64,000 nt of DNA from Nannocystis pusilla. GTDB lineage: Bacteria > Myxococcota_A > Polyangia > Nannocystales > Nannocystaceae. Shown piece by piece: positions 52,932 to 63,001 of the stretch (position 1 is the stretch's first letter; every line of letters starts with the position of its first letter). The position numbers and the translations under genes are program-made. Location of the stretch: the NCBI RefSeq assembly GCF_051105105.1, contig NZ_CP185339.1, one strand, 5' to 3'. Below the pieces are notes generated by a model that saw nothing but the letters and a program-made list of their open reading frames with translations, made no database searches and was not told where the DNA came from.

Positions 52932-54279
52932 TTGTCCCGCCCGAGCAAGCCGCGTCCGCCGCCGCCGCCTCCGCCTGCCTTGCGTCCGCCTGCAGCCGCG
53001 CTCGACACGCCGGCGCGCCCTGGCCCTGGCGACGGCCTCGCCCGCGCGCGGGCCCTCGAGCACACCGGCGACCACGCCCGCGCCGCCGCCCTGCGCCTCG
53101 AGTACGCCCACACCTTGTGCGGCACGGCCCAGCGGATCGCCCTCCTGCGCGAGGGCGCAGCGCGGCACTCCGGCGCCACCGAGGAGGGCCGCAGCCTCCA
53201 CCAGGCGCTCGCCGAGACCCTCCTGCGCCACGCCGAATTCATGGAAGACGGCGCCCCGCGGCGCGCGATCCTCATGGAAGCCGCGCGTGCGCTCGAGGAG
53301 GCCGACCAGGGCGCCATCGCCGGCGAGATCTACGAGCGCCTGCACATGCTGCGGCGCGCCGCCGTCGCCTACGAGCAGGCCGGCGCCGTCACCCAGCTCG
53401 AGTACGTGCTCGGCCTCATCGACCGCATCGAGCACGCCGAGGCCGTCCTCCAGCGCGCCAGCGACGAGATCGACGCCGCCCTGCGCGAGGGTCGGCGGTT
53501 CTTCGCCCATGGCCTGCTGCAGGAGCACCTGCAGGACGCGCGGACCACCCGCGGCCCGCTCGCCCACAGCGGCGCTCCGCTGCTGCGCGCCGCCCTCGCC
53601 CGCGTCCAGGCCGACCTCGGCGTCGCCCTCCCGCGCGGCCAGCGGGTCGACCTGCGCTGGGGGACAGGTCAGGTCACGCGCGTCGTCTTGCGGGCCGATC
53701 TGCGGCTCGGGCGCTCGCCCGACGTTCGAGCTCAGCCTCGGCGGCGCCAGCCTCTCGCGCGAGCACGCCGCCTTGCGGCTCGAGGCCATCGCCGCCGCCG
53801 CGGGCAGCAGCGCCCACGGCCTCGACGAGGTCGAGCTGGCCGTCGCCCTCGTCGACCTCGGCTCGCGCGCCGGCACCTTCTGGCGCGGCGAGACCCTCGC
53901 CCCCGGCGAGCCCGTCGCCCTCGAGGGCCCCGGCGAGCTCACCCTCGGCCTGTCCGCCGCTCGCATCGAGGTCCACCCGCTCCCGCGCGAGCGCGGCGAG
54001 CTCGGCGCCCTCCTGCGCCCGCAGGGCCAGGGCGCCGCTTCCCCGTGGACCCTCTACCTCCCCGGCGGCGGCCCCCTGTGGCTCGCCCCCGATCGCCCGA
54101 TCCCCGCCGTCCTCGAGCTACGCCCGCCCTTCATCGCCGTGCGGATCGCCGCCGGCGTGCGCGCCCAGCTCGGCCAGGAGCCGCTCGGCCCCGGCGCCAG
54201 CATCGAGCTCCTCCACGGCGACCGCCTCCACCTCGACCTGCCCGACGGCCGCCTGACGCTCGAGATCTCGATGACCTGA
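52932..54279 (+). CDS. FHA-domain protein with N-terminal helical domain (1-nt frameshift near 53700)
   Basis: TTG start. The N-terminal about 250 aa are helical in frame 0. The C-terminal FHA-like core (DLRLGRSP...FELSLGGASLSREHAALRLE...GSRAGTFWRGETL) continues in the 52786..54279 frame. Confidence 0.6.
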
Positions 54280-54282
54280 CCT

Positions 54283-54395
54283 TTCGGACCTGCCCCTCGG
54301 GACCTGCCCCTCCAGACCTGCCCCTCGGGACCTGCCCCTCGGGACCTGCCCCTCGGGACCTGCCCCTCCGGACCTGCCCTCTCGACCACTCCGCC
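54283..54395. repeat. 14-bp tandem repeat CTCGGGACCTGCCC x7 between FHA gene and Ser/Thr kinase gene
   Basis: Seven near-identical units with core GGACCTGCCC, related to the GGACATGTCC REP core. Confidence 0.8.
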
Positions 54396-54505
54396 CCGCC
54401 CGCTCGCGCCTGCGCTCTCGGTCCGCTCCCGCGCCGAAGCCTCCCTCGCTCCGCCGCCACGGTCCTCTCCGTCCCCACCTGTCTCTTCGACCATCTCTCG
54501 CTCCC

Positions 54506-55852
54506 ATGCCGATCGAGCCCCTCCGCGGCGACATCCGCGCCGATCCAGCCCTCGACCACCAGCTGCGGGCCGTCCTCTCGCGCCTCTCGGAGGGCGCCGA
54601 GCTGCCGCGCGAGCTGCCGGGCATCGCCGCGCTCGCGCGCCGGCTCGTCGAGGGCGCCCCGGCGCCGGAGATCGATCGCCAGATCCGCGACCTCAGCCAC
54701 GCCGGCTACGTCCGCGGCGCGCTCGTCAGCCTCGCCGCCCACCTGCGTCTGCGGCCGCGGCCCGACCTCGTCCTCGTCCTCGCGCGCGAGCTGTGCGACG
54801 CCCTCGCGCCCGACCTCGGCGTCGAGCTCGCGCGCGCCGCCCTCGCCTTGCCCGAGGTCGAGGATAGCCGCTGGCAGCCGACCGGCGCCTACGCGGCCGC
54901 CAACCTCCTCCTCGGCGACACCCTCCTCGATCGCGGCGACCCGCTCGGCGCCCTGCGTCACTTCGAGGCCCTGCTAGCGATCGACATCGACCACGCCCGC
55001 GCCCTGCGCGGCTGGAGCACCGCCCAGCGCCGCCTCGGTCGCGGGGGCGCCCACGCCAGCCGCGGCCTCGCCCTGCTCGAGGGCCTCGACGCCACCGAGC
55101 TCGTCGCCGGCCTCGGCGTCGACCGCTACGAGCTCGGCCGCCCGCTCGGCCGCGGCCGCCACGCCGTCGTCTATCAGGCCTTCGACCGCCGCGTCGGCCG
55201 CGACGTCGCCATCAAGCGCCTGGTCGCCGAGGGCAGCGACGGCCGGCTCGTCAGCGCCCGCTTCTTCGCCGAGGCCCGCACCCTCGCCCGCGTACGCAGC
55301 CCGCACGTCATCGCCCTCCTCGACGTCCAGCCCGCGCACCGCTTCGTCGCGCTCGGCCTGTGCCGCGGCGGCAACCTGCGCGTCGCCGTGCGCAAGCGCC
55401 TGCTCGGCCCCGCCGACCTGCCGCGGGTCGGCGCCCAGATCGTCAGCGCCCTGCGGGCCGTGCACGCCGCCGGCGCCGTCCACCGCGACATCAAGCCGGC
55501 CAACATCCTCGTCCGCGAGGCCCGCGAGGGCTCGCCCGTGGCCCTCGCCGACTTCGGCCTCGCCCTCGCCGACCCGCGCTCCGGCAGCGGCCACGCCGGC
55601 ACCCTGCGCTACCTCGCCCCCGAGCTGCGCAGCCCCGGCCCGGCCGCCCGCGCCACCCCGGCCTCCGACCTCTTCAGCGCCGGCGTCGTCCTGCTCGAGC
55701 TCGCCCTCCACCCGCAGCCCCTCCCCGCCGTGTTCGACCAGATCGGCGCCGCCGCCTTCGACCCCGAAGAACATGTCCCGAAGGACCTGCCCGGCGGCTG
55801 GACCGATCGCCTCGTCCGCATGCTCGGCCCCGACCCCGCCGCCCGCGGCTGA
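54506..55852 (+). CDS. eukaryotic-type Ser/Thr protein kinase with N-terminal TPR-like region
   Basis: The kinase catalytic loop HRDIKPANIL, DFG and APE (LAPELRSPG) motifs lie in the C-terminal half. The N-terminal 200 aa are helical repeats. Confidence 0.8.
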   Translation: MPIEPLRGDIRADPALDHQLRAVLSRLSEGAELPRELPGIAALARRLVEGAPAPEIDRQIRDLSHAGYVRGALVSLAAHLRLRPRPDLVLVLARELCDALAPDLGVELARAALALPEVEDSRWQPTGAYAAANLLLGDTLLDRGDPLGALRHFEALLAIDIDHARALRGWSTAQRRLGRGGAHASRGLALLEGLDATELVAGLGVDRYELGRPLGRGRHAVVYQAFDRRVGRDVAIKRLVAEGSDGRLVSARFFAEARTLARVRSPHVIALLDVQPAHRFVALGLCRGGNLRVAVRKRLLGPADLPRVGAQIVSALRAVHAAGAVHRDIKPANILVREAREGSPVALADFGLALADPRSGSGHAGTLRYLAPELRSPGPAARATPASDLFSAGVVLLELALHPQPLPAVFDQIGAAAFDPEEHVPKDLPGGWTDRLVRMLGPDPAARG

Positions 55853-55909
55853 CATGGCCCTTCGCACATGTCCTCTCCGACCTTCCCCTTCGGACCTGTC
55901 CCTCGCACC

Positions 55910-56539
55910 ATGCCTCGCCTCGCCTCGCTCGCCCTGCTCCTCCTCGCCTGCGAGGAGCTGCCGCGCACCTACAGCAGCGCCGGCCCGGCCCAGCTGCTGT
56001 TCGCCGACCGCTTCGACGGCCCCGAGCTCGGCCCCTCGTGGAAGTCGACCGGCCCCGGCGCGCGCCTGGAGGGCGGCGAGCTCGTGACCGAGGGCCTGCG
56101 CAACCACCCGCTGTGGCTGACCCTGCCGCTGCCCGACAACGTGCGCGTCGAGTTCGACGCCCGCGCCGCCACCGACGAGGGTGACATCAAGGTCGAGCTC
56201 GCGGGCGACGGCAAGAGCTTCGCGCGCAGCGCCAGCTACACCGCCACCGGCTACGTCATCATCTTCGGCGGCTGGAACAACACCACCAGCGCGATCGTCC
56301 GCCGCGACGAGCACGGCGGCGATCGCAAGACCACCCAGTCGCTCAAGGTCGAGGCCGGCAAGCGCTACCACTTCGCCATCACCCGCCGCGACGGCGCGAT
56401 CCGCTGGGAGCTCGACGGTCAGGAGGTCCTCGCCTACGACGACCCCGAGCCGCTGACCGGCCCCGCCCAGCGCCACTTCGCCTTCGGCGGCTGGGAGGCC
56501 CGCGTCGCCTTCGACAACCTCGAGGTGTTCGCGCTGTGA
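55910..56539 (+). CDS. secreted lipoprotein, hypothetical (possible concanavalin/LamG-like fold)
   Basis: Internal ATG gives MPRLASLALLLLAC. The mature domain of about 190 aa is beta-rich. It is preceded by REP-like elements (ACATGTCCTCTCCG...TCGGACCTGTCCC). Confidence 0.55.
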   Translation: MPRLASLALLLLACEELPRTYSSAGPAQLLFADRFDGPELGPSWKSTGPGARLEGGELVTEGLRNHPLWLTLPLPDNVRVEFDARAATDEGDIKVELAGDGKSFARSASYTATGYVIIFGGWNNTTSAIVRRDEHGGDRKTTQSLKVEAGKRYHFAITRRDGAIRWELDGQEVLAYDDPEPLTGPAQRHFAFGGWEARVAFDNLEVFAL

Positions 56540-57036
56540 CGGCTTCGGCCTTCAAGTACGCCGACCTCCTCGCCGACGGCGGCCATTTCGCCGAGCCCTA
56601 CCCCGACGACCTCGACTGGAGCGACCCTGACGGCCTGGGAGAGTGGGAGGACCAGGTCCACCACCGCTTCGTGTTCCACGCCGACAACGCCTTCGAATAC
56701 CTCTACTACGGCGTCAGCAACAATCACGTCGAGTCCGAGGTGTGGTGCGGCACCTACCGCCTCGACGGCGCCGTCGTGCACTTCCGGCGCACGCAGTTGT
56801 GGTCGTGGGTGTTTGGCAAGTGGATGGACGAGCCGGTCCCCCCGGCGAGGTTCGACCCGGTCGTCGAGACCTTCGCCGTCTGTCTCACCCGCGACGCCGG
56901 CGGCCTGCGCTTCGACCTCGACGAGTGCACCTTCCGCCCGCTCCGCGACTGCCCCGCCATCGAACCGATGCTCGACGACGTGCGCCTGCGGATCGGCGAG
57001 TGCATCTCCCGCGTGCGCGCGCACCTCGGGATTTGA
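56536..57036 (+). CDS. hypothetical protein
   Basis: GTG start overlaps the previous stop. The 166-aa protein-like composition is Trp/Tyr/Phe-rich. Confidence 0.5.
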   Translation: MTASAFKYADLLADGGHFAEPYPDDLDWSDPDGLGEWEDQVHHRFVFHADNAFEYLYYGVSNNHVESEVWCGTYRLDGAVVHFRRTQLWSWVFGKWMDEPVPPARFDPVVETFAVCLTRDAGGLRFDLDECTFRPLRDCPAIEPMLDDVRLRIGECISRVRAHLGI

Positions 57037-57107
57037 AGCACCGAGCCGGCGCAGCAATCCTGGCCGGCTCGACCGCGCCGGTGGCGGCGACCGCTTGGCT
57101 CGCCGCA

Positions 57108-58613
57108 TCAAGGCGCCACTTGGGTGCAGTTGAACGTGCGCTCGTGAACGACCGTCCTGCCGATCGCGTCGGTGAAGGTCCCGCGCACGCGGGCCGACGC
57201 GTTGACCTTGCAGCTGCCGGTGAGCAGCGACGGATCCATGGAGTTCGGCGAGATCGTGACATTCTGAACGCCCGTCCACGCGGCCGTGAAAGGCCCCACA
57301 CCGCCCGTGATCACGGGTGAGCAGAAGAAGCTACCGCCGCCCGTGGACTCGCAGTGGACGGTCATGCCGAAGGTCGCCCCGCTCGCCGCCTTGTACGCGT
57401 CCAGCATGCCCGCGCCGCAGGCGGCGCCGCACGGGATGGACTTCTTCGCCGTCTTCTCGAGGATCGACTTGATCTGCGCGACCGAGAGCGCGGGGTTGCG
57501 CGAGCGCATCAGCGCCACCACGCCGCTGACGTGCGGGGCGGCCATCGAGGTGCCGGCCCAGTGGCGATGGCAGGCGCTCGTGTTCTGTCCGAACGGGAGC
57601 CAGGTCGACACCACCCCGCTGGTACCGGTGGTGCCCGTGTCGGTCATCTGCTGACAGCCGATGACAGCGCCGTGACCGGCCAGGCCGTTCACCGCGGAAC
57701 CGCCCGGCGCCGCGATCGTGACGCCGCTGCCCGTGAGCGAGTACGGTTCGGCCTTCCCTGCGGCGTCGACTGCCGCGACGACGATCAGGTTGGACGAGTT
57801 ACAGGTCGTCCACAAATAATGGGCGGGGTTGAAGTCCGGGACCGGCCCGTATTCATAGCCGGAATCGCCGTTGCCAGCCGCTGCGACCACCACGGTACCC
57901 GCGGCCGCCGCGGCGTCGATCGCGGACTTCAGCGCGGCCGGGCACGGCCCCGCGACGTTGCCGACGCTGATGTTGACGACGTTGGCCCGCTTGCTGGACT
58001 GGACCGTCTGCCCGCGACCGTTCGGGGTCGGAAGCCCCGCCGCGTAGCGAATGGCCCGGGCCGCGATCGTCGGGAAGCTCTCCACCATCCCCGGATCGCT
58101 GACATTGGCGCTGCCATAGGCCTGCGCCACCCGGAGCGGCATCAGCGGGCAATGCCAGCAGATGCCCGCGCCGCCGGAACCATTGTTGCTGGCGGCGCCG
58201 AGCGTGCCGGCGACGTGGATCCCGTGGTGATAATCCCCCTGATCGAACGGGTCGACGTTGCCGCCGAAGAAGTCGTAGCCAGTCGTCCACTTACCGTTCA
58301 GCTCCGGGTGGCTCAGCCTCCCGCTGTCGGCCACCGCGATGAGGACGCCCGTCGAGCCCTTGCTCAGAGTCCACGCCTCGGGCACCCGCGCTGCCTCGTA
58401 GTGCCACTTTTGCAGGGAGAACAACGGGTCGGACGGCGTCACGCCGAGCGCCCGCTCCTCCACCTCGGCGTCGACGAAATCATCAGTGTCCCCGAACTCG
58501 TCCGGCTCCGCCTCGCAACCCGCGAGGGTCAACCCCAGGACGCACAGCGCCCGCTGCAGCCGGCGTGATTGAGACAGAGGAGCGTGAATCGACGATGTGT
58601 GCGGATTGTTCAT
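57108..58613 (-). CDS. S8 family (subtilisin-like) serine peptidase lipoprotein
   Basis: Start MNNPHTSSIHAPLSQSRRLQRALCVLGLTLAGC at 58613. The catalytic motifs are VAVADSG (Asp), HGIHVAG (His) and GTSMAAPHVSG (Ser). Confidence 0.85.
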   Translation of the reverse strand: MNNPHTSSIHAPLSQSRRLQRALCVLGLTLAGCEAEPDEFGDTDDFVDAEVEERALGVTPSDPLFSLQKWHYEAARVPEAWTLSKGSTGVLIAVADSGRLSHPELNGKWTTGYDFFGGNVDPFDQGDYHHGIHVAGTLGAASNNGSGGAGICWHCPLMPLRVAQAYGSANVSDPGMVESFPTIAARAIRYAAGLPTPNGRGQTVQSSKRANVVNISVGNVAGPCPAALKSAIDAAAAAGTVVVAAAGNGDSGYEYGPVPDFNPAHYLWTTCNSSNLIVVAAVDAAGKAEPYSLTGSGVTIAAPGGSAVNGLAGHGAVIGCQQMTDTGTTGTSGVVSTWLPFGQNTSACHRHWAGTSMAAPHVSGVVALMRSRNPALSVAQIKSILEKTAKKSIPCGAACGAGMLDAYKAASGATFGMTVHCESTGGGSFFCSPVITGGVGPFTAAWTGVQNVTISPNSMDPSLLTGSCKVNASARVRGTFTDAIGRTVVHERTFNCTQVAP

Positions 58614-58904
58614 GGCCCTGGCCTCCGATCGAGCCGAAGCTCTTCGACTCTTGGTAACCGCGGGGCTCGGCGGGATCCTGGACGACAGCGCACCGCCATT
58701 CGCTCGACAGCGCGGTCGCAAGATCCGGATGCACCCAAAGTCGCGAATTCGGAATCATCATTCGACAGGTCGCGCTCGCCGCCGAGCTCGTCGGGCGGCA
58801 ACGCACCTTCGGGCCGTTTCACGCCTGTTACGCCACGAACCTCGCCGGGGGCGGCCTGATACCTTGGAAAATGCCGCGCGGCGCCCCGCTGGCGGCGGAG
58901 GATC

Positions 58905-59861
58905 ATGATGCAGCTCCGATTCGACACGTCCACGGTCCCCGAGAAGAGTCGGCTCGAGTTCTGGCAGGATGTCTCGAGCCGAACCTTCGTCGGAATGCGC
59001 ATGGAACCGCTGTCCGAGCGGCCGTTCTTCGGCGAGCTCGCGGCCCGCAAGGTCGGTACGCTCGGCCTTACGCACCTGCGCTCCGCCGCGAAGCGGGTCT
59101 TTCGCGGCTCGGCGGAGATCGCCAGCTCGTCGCGAGATTGCTACGTCGTCTGCATGCAGCTCACGGGTACTTGCGTGCTCCGTCAGGGCCGCCACGAGCG
59201 GCTCGCCCGGACGGGAGATCTGGAGCTGTTCGACGGCACGCGCCCAGGGACGCTGCTCTTCACCGCCGATTATCAGCGTATCGTCGTGACGATCCCCCGG
59301 CACGAGCTCGCTCCTCTGCTCGCCGCCCCGGAGGACGCGCCCGGCGTGGTGATACCGGGCGACAGCGGCGCCGGCGATCTGCTCTCCACCTACTTGCGGG
59401 CCTTCGCCAGGAACGACCTACCCGAGCCCGTGGTGGGGTCCGCCTCCGACGTGCTCGTACGGCTCGTCGCGGTCGCGTTCAACGCCTCCAGGCTCGGCGG
59501 GGAGGTCGCGAAGGTCAGCGTCGAGGAGGGATGGCGAGAGAAGATCCGCGGGTACGTCGAGCGGAACCTCGCCAATCCTTCGCTGCGGCCGGAGACCGTC
59601 GCGCGGCACTTCGGCATCGGCAAGCGCTACTTGCACGAGCTGTTCGCCAGGACCGACCAGAGCTTCATGGCGTGGGTCTTGGCGCGCCGCCTCGAGCGCT
59701 GCGCCGAGGCCTTGCGAGACCCCGCGCTGCGATCCCGGACCATCGCCGATATCGCCTTCGCCTGGGGGTTCACCGACCTGTCCCACTTCGGCCGGAACTT
59801 CAAGGCGCGCTTCGGCGCGACACCTCGCGAATGGCGGGGCCGGGCGACTCGCAACGCCTGA
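58905..59861 (+). CDS. AraC family transcriptional regulator
   Basis: C-terminal double HTH (ETVARHFGIGKRYLHELF ... IADIAFAWGFTDLSHFGRNFKARFGATPREWR) with an N-terminal ligand-binding domain. Confidence 0.8.
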   Translation: MMQLRFDTSTVPEKSRLEFWQDVSSRTFVGMRMEPLSERPFFGELAARKVGTLGLTHLRSAAKRVFRGSAEIASSSRDCYVVCMQLTGTCVLRQGRHERLARTGDLELFDGTRPGTLLFTADYQRIVVTIPRHELAPLLAAPEDAPGVVIPGDSGAGDLLSTYLRAFARNDLPEPVVGSASDVLVRLVAVAFNASRLGGEVAKVSVEEGWREKIRGYVERNLANPSLRPETVARHFGIGKRYLHELFARTDQSFMAWVLARRLERCAEALRDPALRSRTIADIAFAWGFTDLSHFGRNFKARFGATPREWRGRATRNA

Positions 59862-59919
59862 GGCTGCGCTGTCGCGCCCCGTCGAGCTCGACGGCGACGC
59901 GACAGCGCTGCGCCGCGGA

Positions 59920-60189
59920 TCACCCTGCTTCGAAGCCGACCTCGTCGACGTAGCACCAGAACCACCGCTCGCCCGGCTCGAGCGAGCGGACGATCGCGTG
60001 CTTTGTCTCGTGGAAGTGCGCCGTCGCGTGCTTGTTCTTCGACGAGTCGCAGCAGCCGACCTTGCCGCACGTCATGCACAGCCGCAGGTGGACCCATTCG
60101 TCGCCGAGCTTGAGGCACTCCTCGCAGCCGCGGGTGTGCGGGCGGACGTCGTGGATCTGGTCGAGGTGGTCACAAATCTCTTTCGCCAT
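59920..60189 (-). CDS. UBP-type zinc finger protein
   Basis: MAKEICDHLDQIHDVRPHTRGCEECLKLGDEWVHLRLCMTCGKVGCCDSSKNKHATAHFHETKHAIVRS is a zf-UBP. It is the tail of track ORF 59920..62052, whose upstream part is an Arg-rich shadow. Confidence 0.7.
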   Translation of the reverse strand: MAKEICDHLDQIHDVRPHTRGCEECLKLGDEWVHLRLCMTCGKVGCCDSSKNKHATAHFHETKHAIVRSLEPGERWFWCYVDEVGFEAG

Positions 60190-60209
60190 GACAGCTCCCT
60201 TGCTGGCCC

Positions 60210-61877
60210 TCACTCGGCCAGCGCGCGGTGGATCATCTGCACGCAGATCGAGCCCTCCCCGACGGCCGAGGCCACGCGCTTCACGTTGCCCGAGCGGACA
60301 TCGCCCACCGCGAACACGTTGGGCAGGCTCGTCTCGAGCAGGTACGGCGCGCGTCGCCACGGCCGCTGGGCCAGCTCTGCGGGCGTCAGGTCGGGGCCGG
60401 TCTTGACGAACCCGGCCGGGTCGAGCGCCACGCAGCCCTCGAGCCAGCCCGTGTTGGGGCGCGCGCCGGCCATCGAGAACACGTGGCGGATCGGGCGCGT
60501 CTCGCTCGTCCCGTCCTTGCGGTTGACCCAGCGGACCTGCTCGAGGCTCGTCTCCCCGAACATCTCCACGATCTCCGTGTACGGTCGCAGCGTGATCTTC
60601 TGGTGCTCCTCGATCCGGCGGATCAGGTAGCGCGACATGCTGTCGGCCAGCCCGCTCGCGCGCACCAGGATGTGGACGTGGCGCACCGACTCGGCCAGGA
60701 ACACCGCCGCTTGCCCGGCCGAGTTGCCGCCGCCGACCACGATCACCTCCTCGCCCGAGCACAGCTGCGCCTCCATCTGCGTCGCCCCGTAGTAGACCCC
60801 GTCGCCCTCGAAGCGGTGCAGGTCGGGCACCCCGAGCCGGCGGTACTCCGCCCCGGTGGCCAGGATGATCGACCGCGCCTGCACCGAGCCCTGCGCCCCG
60901 AGCTCGACCACGTACGGCGTGCGAGAGCAGTCGAGCCGGACCGCCGCCATCGCCACCGCCACGTGGGCCCCGAACTTCTGCGCCTGCGTCAGCGCCCGGC
61001 CGGCCAGCGCCTGTCCCGAAATACCTGTCGGAAAGCCCAGGTAGTTCTCGATCTTCGACGACGAGCCCGCCTGCCCGCCCGGCGCGTTGCGCTCGATCAC
61101 CAGCACGTCGAGCCCCTCCGACGCCGCGTAGACCGCCGCCGCCAGCCCGGCCGGCCCCGCGCCGATCACCACCACGTCGCGCAGCACGCTGCGGTCGACG
61201 TCGGCGTTGAAGCCGAGGCAACGGGCGACCTCCTCGGTGGTCGGGTTGCGCAGCACCATGTTGCCGCGGCAGATGATCACCGGCACCTCGTCGACCCCGA
61301 CCTGGAACTGCTCGAGCAGCCCCGCGACGTCCGCGTCGCGCTCGACGTTGATGTACGAGAACGGGTGGCCGTTGCGGGTCAGAAACTCCTTCAGCCGCAG
61401 CGTCGCCGGCGAGTGGACCGAGCCGACCAGGACCGCGTCGCTGGCGTTGTGGGCGATCAGGCTGACGCGGCGGAGGATGAACGCGCGCATCAGCAGCTCG
61501 CCCACCTCGGCCTCGACCTGGACGATGTGGCGCAGGCCCTCGCGGTCGACCTCCAGCAGCTCGCCGGGCTCGCCGACCCGCGCGCGCACCAGGCTCGGGC
61601 GGCCGCTCAGCATGTTGATCTCGCCGGTGAACTGCCCCGGCTCGTGGACCACCACCGGATGCTCGACCCCGTCGAAGCCCGGCTGCACCACCTCGAGCGT
61701 GCCCGACAGGACCACGAAGAAGTTGGTGCCGACTTCGCCGTGTTCGAACACGATCTCGCCGGCTCGCGTCGGGCGGCGGCGGCCGTAGCGGCACAGCCGG
61801 GACTGCTGCGCCGGCGTGAGCCGCGGGAAGGTCGCCTCGCGTCGCTGGGCCGACGGATCGTTGGGGATGGTCGTCAT
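60210..61877 (-). CDS. cyclic-nucleotide-binding domain fused to thioredoxin-reductase-like FAD/NAD(P) pyridine nucleotide-disulfide oxidoreductase
   Basis: The N-terminal cNMP-binding fold (FFVVLSGTLEVV...GEINMLSG) is followed by GAGPAGLAAAVYA FAD-binding and GGGNSAGQAAVFL NAD-binding Rossmann motifs. Confidence 0.85.
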   Translation of the reverse strand: MTTIPNDPSAQRREATFPRLTPAQQSRLCRYGRRRPTRAGEIVFEHGEVGTNFFVVLSGTLEVVQPGFDGVEHPVVVHEPGQFTGEINMLSGRPSLVRARVGEPGELLEVDREGLRHIVQVEAEVGELLMRAFILRRVSLIAHNASDAVLVGSVHSPATLRLKEFLTRNGHPFSYINVERDADVAGLLEQFQVGVDEVPVIICRGNMVLRNPTTEEVARCLGFNADVDRSVLRDVVVIGAGPAGLAAAVYAASEGLDVLVIERNAPGGQAGSSSKIENYLGFPTGISGQALAGRALTQAQKFGAHVAVAMAAVRLDCSRTPYVVELGAQGSVQARSIILATGAEYRRLGVPDLHRFEGDGVYYGATQMEAQLCSGEEVIVVGGGNSAGQAAVFLAESVRHVHILVRASGLADSMSRYLIRRIEEHQKITLRPYTEIVEMFGETSLEQVRWVNRKDGTSETRPIRHVFSMAGARPNTGWLEGCVALDPAGFVKTGPDLTPAELAQRPWRRAPYLLETSLPNVFAVGDVRSGNVKRVASAVGEGSICVQMIHRALAE

Positions 61878-62075
61878 GCGCCGCGCAGTCTACCGCGAAC
61901 GCGCGGGCTCGCCCGGCCGCCCGCGATCGTTGCACCCGCACGCCGGACCCGACTTTGGTCGGGGTCGAGCGCCCGGACCGCGCTCGGGCCCCGGCCGCAC
62001 CGGCGGACCCTCGCAGGCGGGGCGCTGCGCACGGTTGAAAGCCCGCCGTCACCGCACTAGCCTGCCGACGCCGGC

Positions 62076-62915
62076 ATGAAGCTCTGGGCCCTCAGCGATC
62101 TCCACGTCGGTCACCGCCGCAACCGCGAGCTGCTCGAGAACCTGTCCCCGCGGCCAGGTGACTGGCTCATCGTCGGCGGCGACGTCGGCGAGACCGGCGA
62201 TCACATGCAGTGGGCCTTCGACCTGCTGCAGCCGCGCTTCGCCCGGCTGTTGTGGGTGCCCGGCAACCACGAGCTGTGGACCACCGAGGAGCGAGGCGTC
62301 CGCCTCGGCGGCGCCGACAAGCTGGCCGCCCTGTGCGAGCTGTGCCGCAGCCGCGGCGTCATCAGCGTCGACGACCCGTGGCCGGTGTGGCCTGGCGACG
62401 GAGGCCCGCACACCCTCGCGCTGCTCGCCCTCCTCTACGACTACACCTTCGCCCCCGCGGGCATGGATCGGGCCGCCGCGATCGCCTGGGCCGCCGACGA
62501 CGGCGTCCTCGCCGCCGACGAGGCCCGCCTCGATCCGCGCCCGTTCGCCGACATCGTCGCCTGGTCCGCCGAGCGCGTGCGCACCGCCGCCGCGCGCCTC
62601 GAGCTCGCGCGGGCGCACCCGACGATCCTCGTCAACCACTGGCCGCTGCGCGACGACCTCATCTTCATCCCGCGCGTGCCGCGGTACCGCCCGTGGTGCG
62701 GCACGCGAGCGACGCACGACTGGCACCGCCGCTACGGCGCGCGCGTGGTCGTCAGCGGCCACCTTCACACGCGGCGCACCGACTGGATCGACGGCGTGCG
62801 CTTCGAGGAGGTCTCGCTCGGCTATCCGCGCGAGCAACGGCCCGGCATGATCGCCGACGCCTATCTGCGCCAGATCTTGCCCGAGCCGACGGCTTGCACT
62901 ACCGAGCGGCGCTAA
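62076..62915 (+). CDS. metallophosphoesterase (calcineurin-like phosphoesterase)
   Basis: Calcineurin-like phosphoesterase motifs LSDLHVGH, GDVGETG and GNHE, with a later GHLH motif. Confidence 0.8.
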   Translation: MKLWALSDLHVGHRRNRELLENLSPRPGDWLIVGGDVGETGDHMQWAFDLLQPRFARLLWVPGNHELWTTEERGVRLGGADKLAALCELCRSRGVISVDDPWPVWPGDGGPHTLALLALLYDYTFAPAGMDRAAAIAWAADDGVLAADEARLDPRPFADIVAWSAERVRTAAARLELARAHPTILVNHWPLRDDLIFIPRVPRYRPWCGTRATHDWHRRYGARVVVSGHLHTRRTDWIDGVRFEEVSLGYPREQRPGMIADAYLRQILPEPTACTTERR

Positions 62916-63001
62916 AACGTCGCACGCGTATGAGCGCCCGCAATTTCCCCGCGTCCCTGCCAGCGTTGCCGCGGCCGCGCGGCGCGGGGTATCCTGCGCG
63001 C

